Assembly (NCBI GenBank): GCA_964617735.1
Contig: CAZTXT010000001.1
Span: 600,549 to 664,548, forward strand
Source: an uncultured Candidatus Saccharibacteria bacterium
GTDB taxonomy: Bacteria; Patescibacteriota; Minisyncoccia; Phycocordibacterales; DSPV01
Direction: 5' to 3'
Length of the DNA stretch: 64,000 nt
Of this stretch, positions 17,701-26,286 are shown piece by piece. Made by a program: the position numbers and the translations under genes. The notes below the pieces were generated by a model that ran no database searches, had not been told where the DNA came from, and saw nothing but the letters and a program-made list of their open reading frames with translations. How positions within the stretch are numbered: position 1 is the stretch's first letter; each line of letters opens with the position of its first letter.

Positions 17701-17962
17701 CATGCAGGTCGTCCTCGGCGGCATCCTCGAGGAAATGAAATCCATCATCACCAAAAATAACGAGCAGATGGCCTTCGTCCGCCTCGCCGATCTCTCCGGC
17801 TCCATCGAGGCCGTCATCTTCCCGCGCATATTCAAGCAACAGAAGTCGCTCCTCGGGCCCGAGGCATGCATCGCCATCAAGGGGCGTGTGTCGGAGCGCA
17901 ATGGCGAACAGAGCATTATTGTAGAAAGTCTCCGCGCGCTCGAGTCAACCAAAGAGAAATAG
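14759..17962 (+). CDS. dnaE: DNA polymerase III alpha subunit
   Basis: PHP motif HLHTHSHYS, RGSAGGS, PDIDMD, GLLKFDFLG, YGFNKAH, C-terminal OB fold. Confidence 0.99.
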   Translation: MQQSKIVHLHTHSHYSLLSALPKIPELVAVAKKGGIGALGLTDLGNLYGAIEFYKECTGQGIKPIIGVEAYTAARTISDKQAGIDNRRGRLILLAENITGYKNLLKLVTVANMEGFYYRPRIDQELLEKYSEGLIAISPAYGGDIAQAIKNKDREKAAERAAWFLKRFGTNRFFIEITRHPEVEGFDIPDLVTFAREQKIEIVAGHDVYYLSPDDKQAHDTIQSVQNNPDYGEISTPENGLDLSLLSAEHLNERFKDIPEALANAAKIAERSSLELALGKWIFPDYQTAKGVGHDEELRKKAYEGLSIRGMEKTPEIEKRIDYELSIIKNKGYAPYFLVVADLLKYARDHQIVTTTRGSAGGSLVSYLTYITTTDPIAYKLPFERFLNPERPKAPDIDMDIADDRRDELIAYAKQKYGADRVAQVGTFGTMMARGAVRDVARALGYEYAVGDRISKLIPFGSQGFPMYIDRALEMVPELKEAYKKEKDVRDIINMAKKIEGCVRHIGVHAAGVVIAPTPLTDYTPLQYDPKGEGKIITQYDMYSITDEYGGVGLLKFDFLGIKNLAILADAAERVEKIEGKKIDLETIPLDDKKTFDMLGRGETTGVFQLGGTGMTHYLKDLRPSTIHDINAMVALYRPGPMESIPRYIERKHNPRLVSYLDPRLKDILDQSYGVITYQDDVLLVAVKLGGYSWLEADALRKAMGKKIPAEMEAQKEKLIAGFVKNGMTPEKAQDLWKLIEPFAAYGFNKAHAASYGKVAYQTAYLKANFPAIYLSAVLTADSGDVERIGETIAECKRMGIPVLPPDVNESFEGFTVVKNPNEADKIRFGLTTIKNFGEGIAASIITERKKSGKFKSLGDFLERIHDRNLNKKSLESLIKCGALDSFGERGAMLSNIENLLEYHKEHADSDKDQTSLFGDTPNVGNLRLASAPQASAPEKLAWEKELLGLYISGHPLDKFRTLLEKREVNVRRVKEEYREGMQVVLGGILEEMKSIITKNNEQMAFVRLADLSGSIEAVIFPRIFKQQKSLLGPEACIAIKGRVSERNGEQSIIVESLRALESTKEK

Positions 17963-18019
17963 CCTCGGTTTGCAGAAAAAAGCATAGCGTGGGAAGCTGT
18001 TAACAGAAGAAAGGATTTT

Positions 18020-18238
18020 ATGAACAAAATTATGAGAACCGCGCTCTTTTCTAAAAGAGACGCTCAAGAGCAGCGCATACGCGACCGCAAGCAAGGTCTC
18101 AAAAGGCCCAGCGAACCAGACGACGTACGCGTCTCACCCAATGACTGGAATCGTGCCGCAGAAGGATTCCGCAGACATGATCCTACGGGAGAAAAACTCG
18201 CAAAGCTTCTCATGCAGTCACGCAAGAAGCGCTTGTGA
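18020..18238 (+). CDS. small basic hypothetical protein (ORFan cassette)
   Basis: GAAAGGA RBS; strong terminator at 18255-18291. Confidence 0.6.
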   Translation: MNKIMRTALFSKRDAQEQRIRDRKQGLKRPSEPDDVRVSPNDWNRAAEGFRRHDPTGEKLAKLLMQSRKKRL

Positions 18239-18254
18239 AATTTGCTTCCCTACC

Positions 18255-18291
18255 GCGCCCGACCGTACGTCTACGGTCGGGCGCTTTTTTT
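18255..18291 (+). terminator. intrinsic terminator
   Basis: gcgcccgaccgta-cgtc-tacggtcgggcgc followed by a T run. Confidence 0.85.
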
Positions 18292-18325
18292 GCCCAAAAC
18301 TCATGAAATTGCTACTATTTGGCTC

Positions 18326-20062
18326 ATGAATACCGAACTTGAGCACAAACGCCATTCGCTCGCCCACCTTCTCGCGGCGGCGGTTTTGGAACTACATCCG
18401 AAAGCCCTCCCGACCATCGGCCCGGCCATAGATACAGGCTTTTACTACGACTTCGACGACCTGACGATCACTGAAAAAGATCTCGGCAAGATAGAGCAGA
18501 AAATGCGCGAACTGGTGAAATCCTGGAAAAAATTTGACGGCAAAGAAGCCTCGGAAAAAGAAGCCCGCGCTCATTTCAAGAAAAATCCTTACAAACTGGA
18601 GCTCATTGATGACATCGTCAAAGACGGCCAGAAAATCACCTTCTATACCTCCGGCGAATTCAGAGATCTCTGCCGCGGCGGACACACAGAGAATCCTGCA
18701 AAAGATATACCGGCGGGAAGCTGGAAGCTCGACCGTGTTGCAGGCGCATACTGGCGCGGTGACGAGAAGAACAAGATGCTCACGCGCATCTACGGTCTTG
18801 CATTCAACACGAAAGAAGAATTGGAAGCGTACGAAAAGCAAGTAGAAGAAGCGAAGAAGCGCGATCACAAAAAACTCGGGCCAGAACTCGACCTCTTCAC
18901 CTTCTCCGAGCTCGTCGGCTCCGGCCTCCCCCTCTGGACTCCGAAAGGCACGCTCATGAGAAACCTTTTAGACAGCTTCGTCTGGGAGCTTCGCCAGAAA
19001 GCCGGCTATGTGCAGGTGGACATCCCGCACATCACCAAAAAAGAACTCTATGAGACCAGCGGCCACTGGCAGAAATTCAAAGACGAGCTCTTCCGGATCA
19101 AAACCCGCGAAGGGCACGAGTTCGTGATGAAGCCGATGAACTGCCCGCACCACACGCAGATTTACGCGCGCAAAGCATGGAGCTACCGCGAGCTTCCCCA
19201 GCGCTACGCTTCTACGACGAAAGTCTACCGCGACGAGCAGTCAGGCGAGCTCTCCGGCCTCTCGCGCACCCGTGGATTCACACAAGACGATGCGCATGTA
19301 TTTTGCCGCGTGAGCCAGATCAGCGAGGAGGTGAAAAAGATTTACGAGATAATCAAGACCTTCTACGGCGCATTCGGCCTCACTACCCGCATCCGTCTCT
19401 CCATTTGGGATGCCAAGCATCCGGAAAAGTATCTCGGCACGAAAGAAGTCTGGCAGAAAGCGGTAGACGCCCTCGAGCACACGCTCTATGAGCTCGGACA
19501 CAAAGACTTTGAATGGGGTATCGGCGAAGCGGCATTCTATGGGCCGAAAATAGATTTCATGTCCAAAGATTCTCTTGGCCGCGAGTGGCAGGTGGCGACG
19601 ATACAGCTTGATATGAATATGCCGGAGCGCTTTGACCTCACCTGCACGAATGAAAAAGGAGAAAAGGAGCGAATCGTGATGATACATGCCGCTATCATGG
19701 GCTCAATCGAGCGGTTTATGGCGACACTCATCGAGCACACCGGTGGTGCGTTTCCACTCTGGCTTAGCCCTGTGCAGGCAGTCGTTTTACCGGTGAGCGA
19801 AAAGCATCAGGAAGCCGCCCAAAAAGCGCTTGACACGTTTGGGCAAGCAGGCATCCGCGCTGAACTCTCCGACCCATCAGAGTCTCTCGGCAAACGCGTC
19901 CGCACCGTCAAACTCCAAAAAGTCCCCTATTGGCTCGTCATTGGAGACAAAGATGTCGCCGCCAACGCCGCAACGCTTGAGTCTCGCGAGAAGCAGTTTG
20001 GCCAACTCTCCGTAAAGGAAATCGAAGAAAGATTCTTAAACGAGATAAGAGCCAGGGGTTAA
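18326..20062 (+). CDS. thrS: threonyl-tRNA synthetase (no N-terminal TGS domain)
   Basis: RHSLAHLLA, DLCRGGH, KPMNCPHH, GEAAFYGPKID, GSIERF. Confidence 0.98.
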   Translation: MNTELEHKRHSLAHLLAAAVLELHPKALPTIGPAIDTGFYYDFDDLTITEKDLGKIEQKMRELVKSWKKFDGKEASEKEARAHFKKNPYKLELIDDIVKDGQKITFYTSGEFRDLCRGGHTENPAKDIPAGSWKLDRVAGAYWRGDEKNKMLTRIYGLAFNTKEELEAYEKQVEEAKKRDHKKLGPELDLFTFSELVGSGLPLWTPKGTLMRNLLDSFVWELRQKAGYVQVDIPHITKKELYETSGHWQKFKDELFRIKTREGHEFVMKPMNCPHHTQIYARKAWSYRELPQRYASTTKVYRDEQSGELSGLSRTRGFTQDDAHVFCRVSQISEEVKKIYEIIKTFYGAFGLTTRIRLSIWDAKHPEKYLGTKEVWQKAVDALEHTLYELGHKDFEWGIGEAAFYGPKIDFMSKDSLGREWQVATIQLDMNMPERFDLTCTNEKGEKERIVMIHAAIMGSIERFMATLIEHTGGAFPLWLSPVQAVVLPVSEKHQEAAQKALDTFGQAGIRAELSDPSESLGKRVRTVKLQKVPYWLVIGDKDVAANAATLESREKQFGQLSVKEIEERFLNEIRARG

Positions 20063-20066
20063 TTTA

Positions 20067-20975
20067 ATGGATGCAGAAAAATCTGGTAATTCGGGTAAAC
20101 AAGAGTACTCCGGCTTCTTTGATATAGGAAGAAAATTTTCTGACCTATTACTTATATTGATCTCAGGCTTTTATCTTTTTGGCTTTATTTCTTGGAATTT
20201 CTATCTTGCCAACTTTGGTTTCTTTGAGTCAAATCTCCTGCAGACAAGATATATATCGGCTGGCATACTTTTCTTGGTAATTGTATGGATACCTCTATAT
20301 GTCTTTAGATCAATAATAGAAAAAATATTTTTACTGAGTCTCAAAAATAAAATCAGCAGAACTATTTACTACATCTTGTTAATTAGTTGTTTGGTTCTAT
20401 TTCTTGTTTTTTATCTAACCAGCAACTTCTCAGCTAAATTCTTCAATCCGTTAAGTTATTCAAAGGGAATATTTGAGTTTTACTTACTTGAATTATTTTT
20501 AATATTATCCGTTCAACGAAGAACGAATATTCGACTAAAATGGCCAAATCCTCCTCAGATTATTGCCGGACTTTTATTTCTAAACTTGGTAGTGTTTAAC
20601 ACCCAAATCTTCCCTTACCTCCCTGGATATTTAGGAGGAGCACAACCTATATCAACAAATATTATAGGCCAACCCGATTCAATAACGTATTTAAGTAATT
20701 TTAACATTTATATGGGAGAGAATGGCAAAGGTTTACCATCCGTTGAGACCACACCCTTATGTAAAATATACGAGAACAACGACTACATAATTGTAGGCAT
20801 CACTAATAAAAATAATCAAGGCGCATTAGTACCGGTAAGAATCCTAATCTTGAAAAAAGACTTAATTGAAGGATTTTCTACAAAACCTGACTATTTCAAA
20901 TACTTCTCGTGTCCTCAATTTATCTCTCCTATTATTCCCATGTTTCCCACCACAAAAACAAACCCTTCCAATTAA
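20067..20975 (+). CDS. AT-rich multi-pass membrane protein, hypothetical
   Basis: 302-aa ORF with several hydrophobic helices; visibly AT-rich versus flanks. Confidence 0.75.
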   Translation: MDAEKSGNSGKQEYSGFFDIGRKFSDLLLILISGFYLFGFISWNFYLANFGFFESNLLQTRYISAGILFLVIVWIPLYVFRSIIEKIFLLSLKNKISRTIYYILLISCLVLFLVFYLTSNFSAKFFNPLSYSKGIFEFYLLELFLILSVQRRTNIRLKWPNPPQIIAGLLFLNLVVFNTQIFPYLPGYLGGAQPISTNIIGQPDSITYLSNFNIYMGENGKGLPSVETTPLCKIYENNDYIIVGITNKNNQGALVPVRILILKKDLIEGFSTKPDYFKYFSCPQFISPIIPMFPTTKTNPSN

Positions 20976-20994
20976 AAAAGTGGGTACCGAATGC

Positions 20995-21120
20995 AAAAAC
21001 TTTGAAACTCTGGATATCCGCGTCGGGAAAATTATCAAGGTTGAGGATTCTCTGATCAAGAAACCAACCTACCGCATCACTGTTGATTTCGGGATGGAAC
21101 TTGGAACAAAAGTCTCGTTA
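20995..21120 (+). pseudogene. truncated CsaA/tRNA-binding OB-fold protein fragment
   Basis: FETLDIRVGKIIKVED...KPTYRITVDFGMELGTKVS, then runs into a terminator hairpin; no clear start codon. Confidence 0.7.
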
Positions 21121-21122
21121 AG

Positions 21123-21152
21123 AAAAAACCGACGCGTATGCGTCGGTTTTTT
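21123..21152. terminator. bidirectional terminator
   Basis: aaaaaaccgacgc-gtat-gcgtcggtttttt. Confidence 0.8.
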
Positions 21153-21163
21153 GAAGGAGCGAT

Positions 21164-21529
21164 TTAGTGTGGCGGAAGCTTCTTTACGACTGGATCATCC
21201 GCTTCACATACGAGCATCGATAGGAGCTCGCCATCCCCACAAACTATCGGGCTGGTAAATACATCACAGCACACTATGTCTCCGTACTCGTCAGTTACTG
21301 TGCGGAGTCTCAAATGCTCGACTCTTCGCTTCACATCACACCAAACGGTATTTCTCTTAAATCGAATACCTGCAAACGCAGACATGTCGTCAATCGAGAC
21401 CACAAATGCACGACAAGGTTTTAACAAAAATACTGCGACGCCGACCGAGTCATCTGATTGTGCTGCTTCGTCTTTACCATCTCGTGAATAGAAGGTACCC
21501 TCAGGACATACTTGCTTTTCAATCGTCAT
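21164..21529 (-). CDS. hypothetical protein (ORFan cassette)
   Basis: 121-aa ORF; TTGACA at 21597-21602 on minus strand. Confidence 0.6.
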   Translation of the reverse strand: MTIEKQVCPEGTFYSRDGKDEAAQSDDSVGVAVFLLKPCRAFVVSIDDMSAFAGIRFKRNTVWCDVKRRVEHLRLRTVTDEYGDIVCCDVFTSPIVCGDGELLSMLVCEADDPVVKKLPPH

Positions 21530-21667
21530 AAGTAGATGCTGTTGTGTTTCTCTTGTTTTCCCAATCTAACAAATATAATAACACAAGTGCTCCATATGTC
21601 AAGTATCTAAACAAAATAAACCCGCCGAGTCGAAAGACTCGGCGGGTTGTGTTCCGCAACCTATGAC

Positions 21668-22018
21668 TTACGCAGGAATCGCACCTCGCGGTCCGAAGAT
21701 CTCTTCCTCTACACCAAGAGTGACCGGGTGGGCTTCTTCAGGGTACCAACCTTTAGAAATAAGTGAAGCCTCCCACATCTCGTGGAAAATGCACCGCCGT
21801 TCCCACTCTCGGGGGAGTCCCTCGACCACATACACTTCGTAGTCCCGCGCGCGCTCAAGCGGCTTGTACCACGCGATTGCGGGGTCAGGCCGTATGTAGA
21901 AAAAAGAGAATGTGAGCCCTCTGAATTCGAGGATTTCGTACGTACCGAAGGTTGCCTTATCAATGAGCGAGAGCAGTTCTTCAACCGCATGCTGTTCGTC
22001 TGGAAGTATAGCGTTCAT
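21668..22018 (-). CDS. small zincin-like protein (HExxE...H)
   Basis: CIFHEMWEASLISKGWYPEEAH; own TTGACA...TAGTAT promoter and terminator at 21619-21648. Confidence 0.65.
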   Translation of the reverse strand: MNAILPDEQHAVEELLSLIDKATFGTYEILEFRGLTFSFFYIRPDPAIAWYKPLERARDYEVYVVEGLPREWERRCIFHEMWEASLISKGWYPEEAHPVTLGVEEEIFGPRGAIPA

Positions 22019-22121
22019 TCTGCAAGAGATACTACGGTGATATCCTAATCTGTCAACAAGCACTCATGAAATTAAAAACCGCCGAGTCGGTCGTACGACT
22101 CGGCATTTTATACGTTTAGCT

Positions 22122-23342
22122 TTATTTAGTAAGTTTATCGCGCCTTCTGCGGTGGAACGAGATAGCAAAACGATGCGCCTCGCGGTTCGCCAACAGTATC
22201 GGGGTGCGCAAGCGGGCGGCGGCATCACGGTCGCCTAAGATACGCGACGGGCGGTGATGTTCGTCTTTGACGACAGAGACGAGACGCGCGGTAATACCCG
22301 CTTGCGCAAGGATCTGCTGTGCAAGGTTAAGCTGTGTCACTCCCCCATCTACGGCGATGACGTCCGGCATTCCCCACTCTCGATGGTTGAATCGGCGCCG
22401 TAAAACTTCTGCGAGCGCCTTGAGGTCATCGCCAGCGGAGTCTTCCTTGATGCGAAACATCCGGTACGCGCTTTTATCGGGCTTAGAGCCGCTGACGACC
22501 GTCATAACCGCGACGGTCTCCTTGCCGGCGGTGTGTGCGACATCGAATGCCTCGATCCTCTGCACGATCTCTGAACCCGTCGGATGTTCTGCGATAAGCG
22601 CAACGTCCTGAATATGTTCGAGCGAGAAGATAGTCCGCTTTGCCTGCTCTGCTTTCTCGAATTCCTGCGTCTTTGCGTACCTCTGCATATCGCGTTTGAG
22701 GTCACGAATGATGAACGATTTCTTGCCTTCAAAAAGACGTTGGATATGTTTGATAGTTTGCGCGTAGCCCTGCTTACTTATCTCTCCCGTGCACACGCCC
22801 GGGCAGAGGCCTATCTGGCGGTTGAAGCATGGCCGGCCCTGATTCGGGGTACATTTGCTGTCACGATACGGAAATATGCGACGAATTATTTTTAACGCAG
22901 TCTGAAACTTTCCTCCTTCCGGAAACGGCCCCGCGATGAATTTCGAAGAAAGGTCGTCGGGCAAACCTGCCTCGATCTCTTTTTTGCGCACCAAAAGAAC
23001 GCGCGGGAATTCTTCGTCGGTAATGACCACGCAGTTGTAGCTTTTATCATCTTTATCATCCGTGTTGTATTCCGGTTTGAATTTGCGGATGAGATCGCCC
23101 TCAAGGAGCATCGCTTCAAGTACCGAATCAGTCTCGCGGAAATCGAGCGAGCGCGCCTCGGTGAGCATTTTCACCAATTTAGGGCCGCGGGTATCCATAA
23201 GGTCCTTCGCAAAATAGCTCCTTACCCGGTCGCGAAGCGATGTTGCACGCCCGATATAGAGGATCTTTTTTCGAGCACCGAGGAAGAAATATACGCCGGG
23301 AACATCGGGTAGAGCAAATCTTTTGATATCTACAATCTTCAT
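22122..23342 (-). CDS. uvrC: excinuclease ABC subunit C, short form
   Basis: GIY-YIG (PGVYFF..LYIGRA), Cys cluster, UVR (QEFEKAE), RIEAFDVAH, VDGG, EAHRFAI; lacks C-terminal HhH. Confidence 0.92.
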   Translation of the reverse strand: MKIVDIKRFALPDVPGVYFFLGARKKILYIGRATSLRDRVRSYFAKDLMDTRGPKLVKMLTEARSLDFRETDSVLEAMLLEGDLIRKFKPEYNTDDKDDKSYNCVVITDEEFPRVLLVRKKEIEAGLPDDLSSKFIAGPFPEGGKFQTALKIIRRIFPYRDSKCTPNQGRPCFNRQIGLCPGVCTGEISKQGYAQTIKHIQRLFEGKKSFIIRDLKRDMQRYAKTQEFEKAEQAKRTIFSLEHIQDVALIAEHPTGSEIVQRIEAFDVAHTAGKETVAVMTVVSGSKPDKSAYRMFRIKEDSAGDDLKALAEVLRRRFNHREWGMPDVIAVDGGVTQLNLAQQILAQAGITARLVSVVKDEHHRPSRILGDRDAAARLRTPILLANREAHRFAISFHRRRRDKLTK

Positions 23343-23394
23343 GGCGTTATGGATTTTCCTAGACTATACTACTTTGAGAAAGGATGCACATCGT

Positions 23395-23550
23395 ATGAAA
23401 ACGTTACGGAAATTGATGCCCGGCGGTCTGAATCCGTCCCTCACTGAGCGACTACGGAAGGCAGAGGAGGAAGCGCGGCGGCTAAAGCTCCGGATGCATG
23501 GTTTCTGGAGACGAAAGATGACTGCCGGCTCAGCGCAGTTTGTGCGCTAA
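23395..23550 (+). CDS. small basic peptide (51 aa), ORFan
   Basis: TATACT -10, GAAAGGA RBS, hairpin at about 23563-23589. Confidence 0.45.
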   Translation: MKTLRKLMPGGLNPSLTERLRKAEEEARRLKLRMHGFWRRKMTAGSAQFVR

Positions 23551-23591
23551 AAGCGGCGAAGGCGGCCGCTCCGTACACTCGGAGCGGCCTT

Positions 23592-26174
23592 TCATTTTTT
23601 CTTGAGAACCCGGCGCAAATACTCACCGGTATGCGATCGCTCCGTATTCGCGACTTCTTCTGGCGTCCCCTTCGCGACGACCTTCCCTCCCGCATCCCCG
23701 CCGTCGGGTCCGATGTCGATGATATAGTCGGCGGATTTAATGACATCGAGATTGTGCTCGATAACGAGCACCGTATTGCCCCGATCCACCAGCTTCTGGA
23801 GGATTTCGATGAGCTTGCGGACGTCTTCGTAATGCAAACCGATGGTCGGCTCGTCGAGAAGATAGATAGTCTTCTGCAAATGCGGACGGTAGAGCTCGGA
23901 GGAGATCTTGACCCGCTGGGCTTCGCCGCCCGAGAGCGTCGTTGCCGATTGCCCGAGCTTAAGATATCCCAAGCCTACTTCATTGAGCGTATGTAGACGA
24001 TCATAGATAGCGGGAATATCCTCAAAGAATTTGAGTCCTTCCTCTATCGTCATTTCGAGTACCTGATAGATGCTTTTCTTTTTGTATTTCACTTCCAGCG
24101 TCTCTTTCATAAAACGCTTGCCGCTGCACACTTCGCAGGTAACGTAGACGGTCGGAAGGAAATGCATCTCGACTGCGATCTCTCCATTCCCTTGGCATGC
24201 CTCGCACCGGCCGCCTTTGACGTTGAATGAGAAGCGGCTCGGCCCCCAACCTCTCACGCGCGCTTCGGGTGATGCCGCGAAGAGCTCGCGGATGAAGGTG
24301 AATGCGCCGGTGTAGGTCGCCGGGTTTGAGCGCGGCGTGCGGCCGATCGGAGACTGGTCAATGAGAATGACGCGCCCAAGGTACTCCGTGCCCGTAAAAC
24401 TCGCGCAATTGAAGGTTTGCGCGCTCCGATACCGACGCTCAAGCCGTGCCAGCAGATTCTTATGCAGAATCTCATAGACGAACGACGATTTGCCGGAACC
24501 AGAAACTCCGGTTACGGTGACGAGTTTGCCGAGCGGAACATCAACGTTGAGATTTTTTATATTGAATACAGAGCCTCCGCGAACCTTGAGAGAGCCTTTC
24601 TCCGCGGTGCGCCGTTTTTCAGGAATCGGGATCGTGCGCTCCTCGCGCAGATATTCGAGCGTTAAGGACGGCGGGACCTTTTTTGCGGTGAGCAGATGAT
24701 CGAGGTAGCCCGAAACTACGATCTTTCCCCCATGTACGCCAGCCCCGGGCCCGATATCAATGATGTAATCGGATGAGAAAATGGTGTCTTCATCGTGTTC
24801 GACCACTAGTATCGTATTGCCGGCATCGCGCAGCTCGAGCAGGGTCTTGATCAACTTATCATTATCGCGCGCATGCAAGCCGATGGTCGGCTCGTCGAGC
24901 ACATAGAGCGCCCCGACCAGACCGGAGCCGAGCTGGGATGCGAGCCGGATACGCTGGGCTTCGCCGCCCGAGAGTGTATGGGCTCTGCGATCGAGGGTGA
25001 GATACCCGATGCCGACGTTGAGCATGAAGGTAAGGCGTGCGGTGATCTCTTTGGCCACCACCTTAGAGATAGCGCGCTCCGCCGGAGAGAGTTTGAGATT
25101 CTTGAAAAAATCGAATCCCGATGCAATGGAACGGGAGGTGAGTTCGACGATGTTAACGCCGCCGACCAGAACATGCAGAGCCTCTTCGCGCAGGCGCGCG
25201 CCCTTGCACCGGGGACACACTTCATCGCCGAAAAAATGCCGCGTACCGAGACCGTTGCATTCAGGACAAGCGCCGTAGGGAGAGTTAAAGGAAAAGAGCC
25301 GCGGCTCGACCTCGGGATACGAAAAACCGTCGTAGGGACACATGAATTTCGATGAGATGACACGCTCGCCGGCCACCGTCTCGATCTTGACCAAACCGTC
25401 CGATTCATGGAGCGCCCGCTCGATGGATTCGCTTAAACGCTCATGGATGCCCGCAGAGGCATTCGGGAGTTCACTTGCAAAAAATTCGTCTACCAACACA
25501 TCGATATCGTGCTTCTTGTTCTTCGAAAGAATGATCTGCTCGCGCAGCTTCTTGAGCTGCCCGTCGACTTTCACCTGACTGTATCCTTTGCCCAAGAGAT
25601 CATAGAGCAGTTGATAGTATTCCCCTTTACGGCCGACCACGATCGGAGAGAAGATCTTTACCTTCGCGTCGTTGACCGCAACACCCATCACACGTTTCTT
25701 CCCCGAGCTATCCTCATGCGCCACGCTCTCTAAGATCGTACTCATGATCTCCTCGTGGGAGAGCCGGACTATGGGACGATTGCAGATGAGACAGTGCGGA
25801 ACGCCGACACGGGCAAAGAGAACCCGTAGGTAGTCGTAGATCTCGGTAACCGTCGCGACCGTCGAGCGTGGGTTGTTCGAGCGCGACTTTTGGTCGATAG
25901 AGATCGCGGGAGAGAGACCGACGATCTCGTCGACATCGGGCTTCTGCATCTGGCGAAGGAATTGACGGGCGTACGCGGACAGCGATTCGACATAGCGCCG
26001 CTGGCCTTCCGCAAAGATGGTGTCGAAGGCAAGCGACGATTTGCCCGAGCCTGAGAGACCAGTGAACACGACCATCGAGTTCCGCGGCATCTCTACCGTG
26101 ACATTCTTGAGGTTGTGCGTACGGGCGCCCTTTACGATGATTTTTTCGTCTTTTTTCTCTGATTTCTCTGACAT
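23592..26174 (-). CDS. uvrA: excinuclease ABC subunit A
   Basis: GARTHNLKN, two ABC cassettes ([26 protein letters not shown] twice), Zn fingers. Confidence 0.98.
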   Translation of the reverse strand: MSEKSEKKDEKIIVKGARTHNLKNVTVEMPRNSMVVFTGLSGSGKSSLAFDTIFAEGQRRYVESLSAYARQFLRQMQKPDVDEIVGLSPAISIDQKSRSNNPRSTVATVTEIYDYLRVLFARVGVPHCLICNRPIVRLSHEEIMSTILESVAHEDSSGKKRVMGVAVNDAKVKIFSPIVVGRKGEYYQLLYDLLGKGYSQVKVDGQLKKLREQIILSKNKKHDIDVLVDEFFASELPNASAGIHERLSESIERALHESDGLVKIETVAGERVISSKFMCPYDGFSYPEVEPRLFSFNSPYGACPECNGLGTRHFFGDEVCPRCKGARLREEALHVLVGGVNIVELTSRSIASGFDFFKNLKLSPAERAISKVVAKEITARLTFMLNVGIGYLTLDRRAHTLSGGEAQRIRLASQLGSGLVGALYVLDEPTIGLHARDNDKLIKTLLELRDAGNTILVVEHDEDTIFSSDYIIDIGPGAGVHGGKIVVSGYLDHLLTAKKVPPSLTLEYLREERTIPIPEKRRTAEKGSLKVRGGSVFNIKNLNVDVPLGKLVTVTGVSGSGKSSFVYEILHKNLLARLERRYRSAQTFNCASFTGTEYLGRVILIDQSPIGRTPRSNPATYTGAFTFIRELFAASPEARVRGWGPSRFSFNVKGGRCEACQGNGEIAVEMHFLPTVYVTCEVCSGKRFMKETLEVKYKKKSIYQVLEMTIEEGLKFFEDIPAIYDRLHTLNEVGLGYLKLGQSATTLSGGEAQRVKISSELYRPHLQKTIYLLDEPTIGLHYEDVRKLIEILQKLVDRGNTVLVIEHNLDVIKSADYIIDIGPDGGDAGGKVVAKGTPEEVANTERSHTGEYLRRVLKKK

Positions 26175-26286
26175 ATACGCTCAAACGCCCCGCCGGTGCC
26201 CGGTAGGGGTAGTTATGTCACGTAGGATAGCAAAATGGAGAGAAAAAATCTAATGCAACCGGATTCCCTGTCGATCGCCGATAGAG

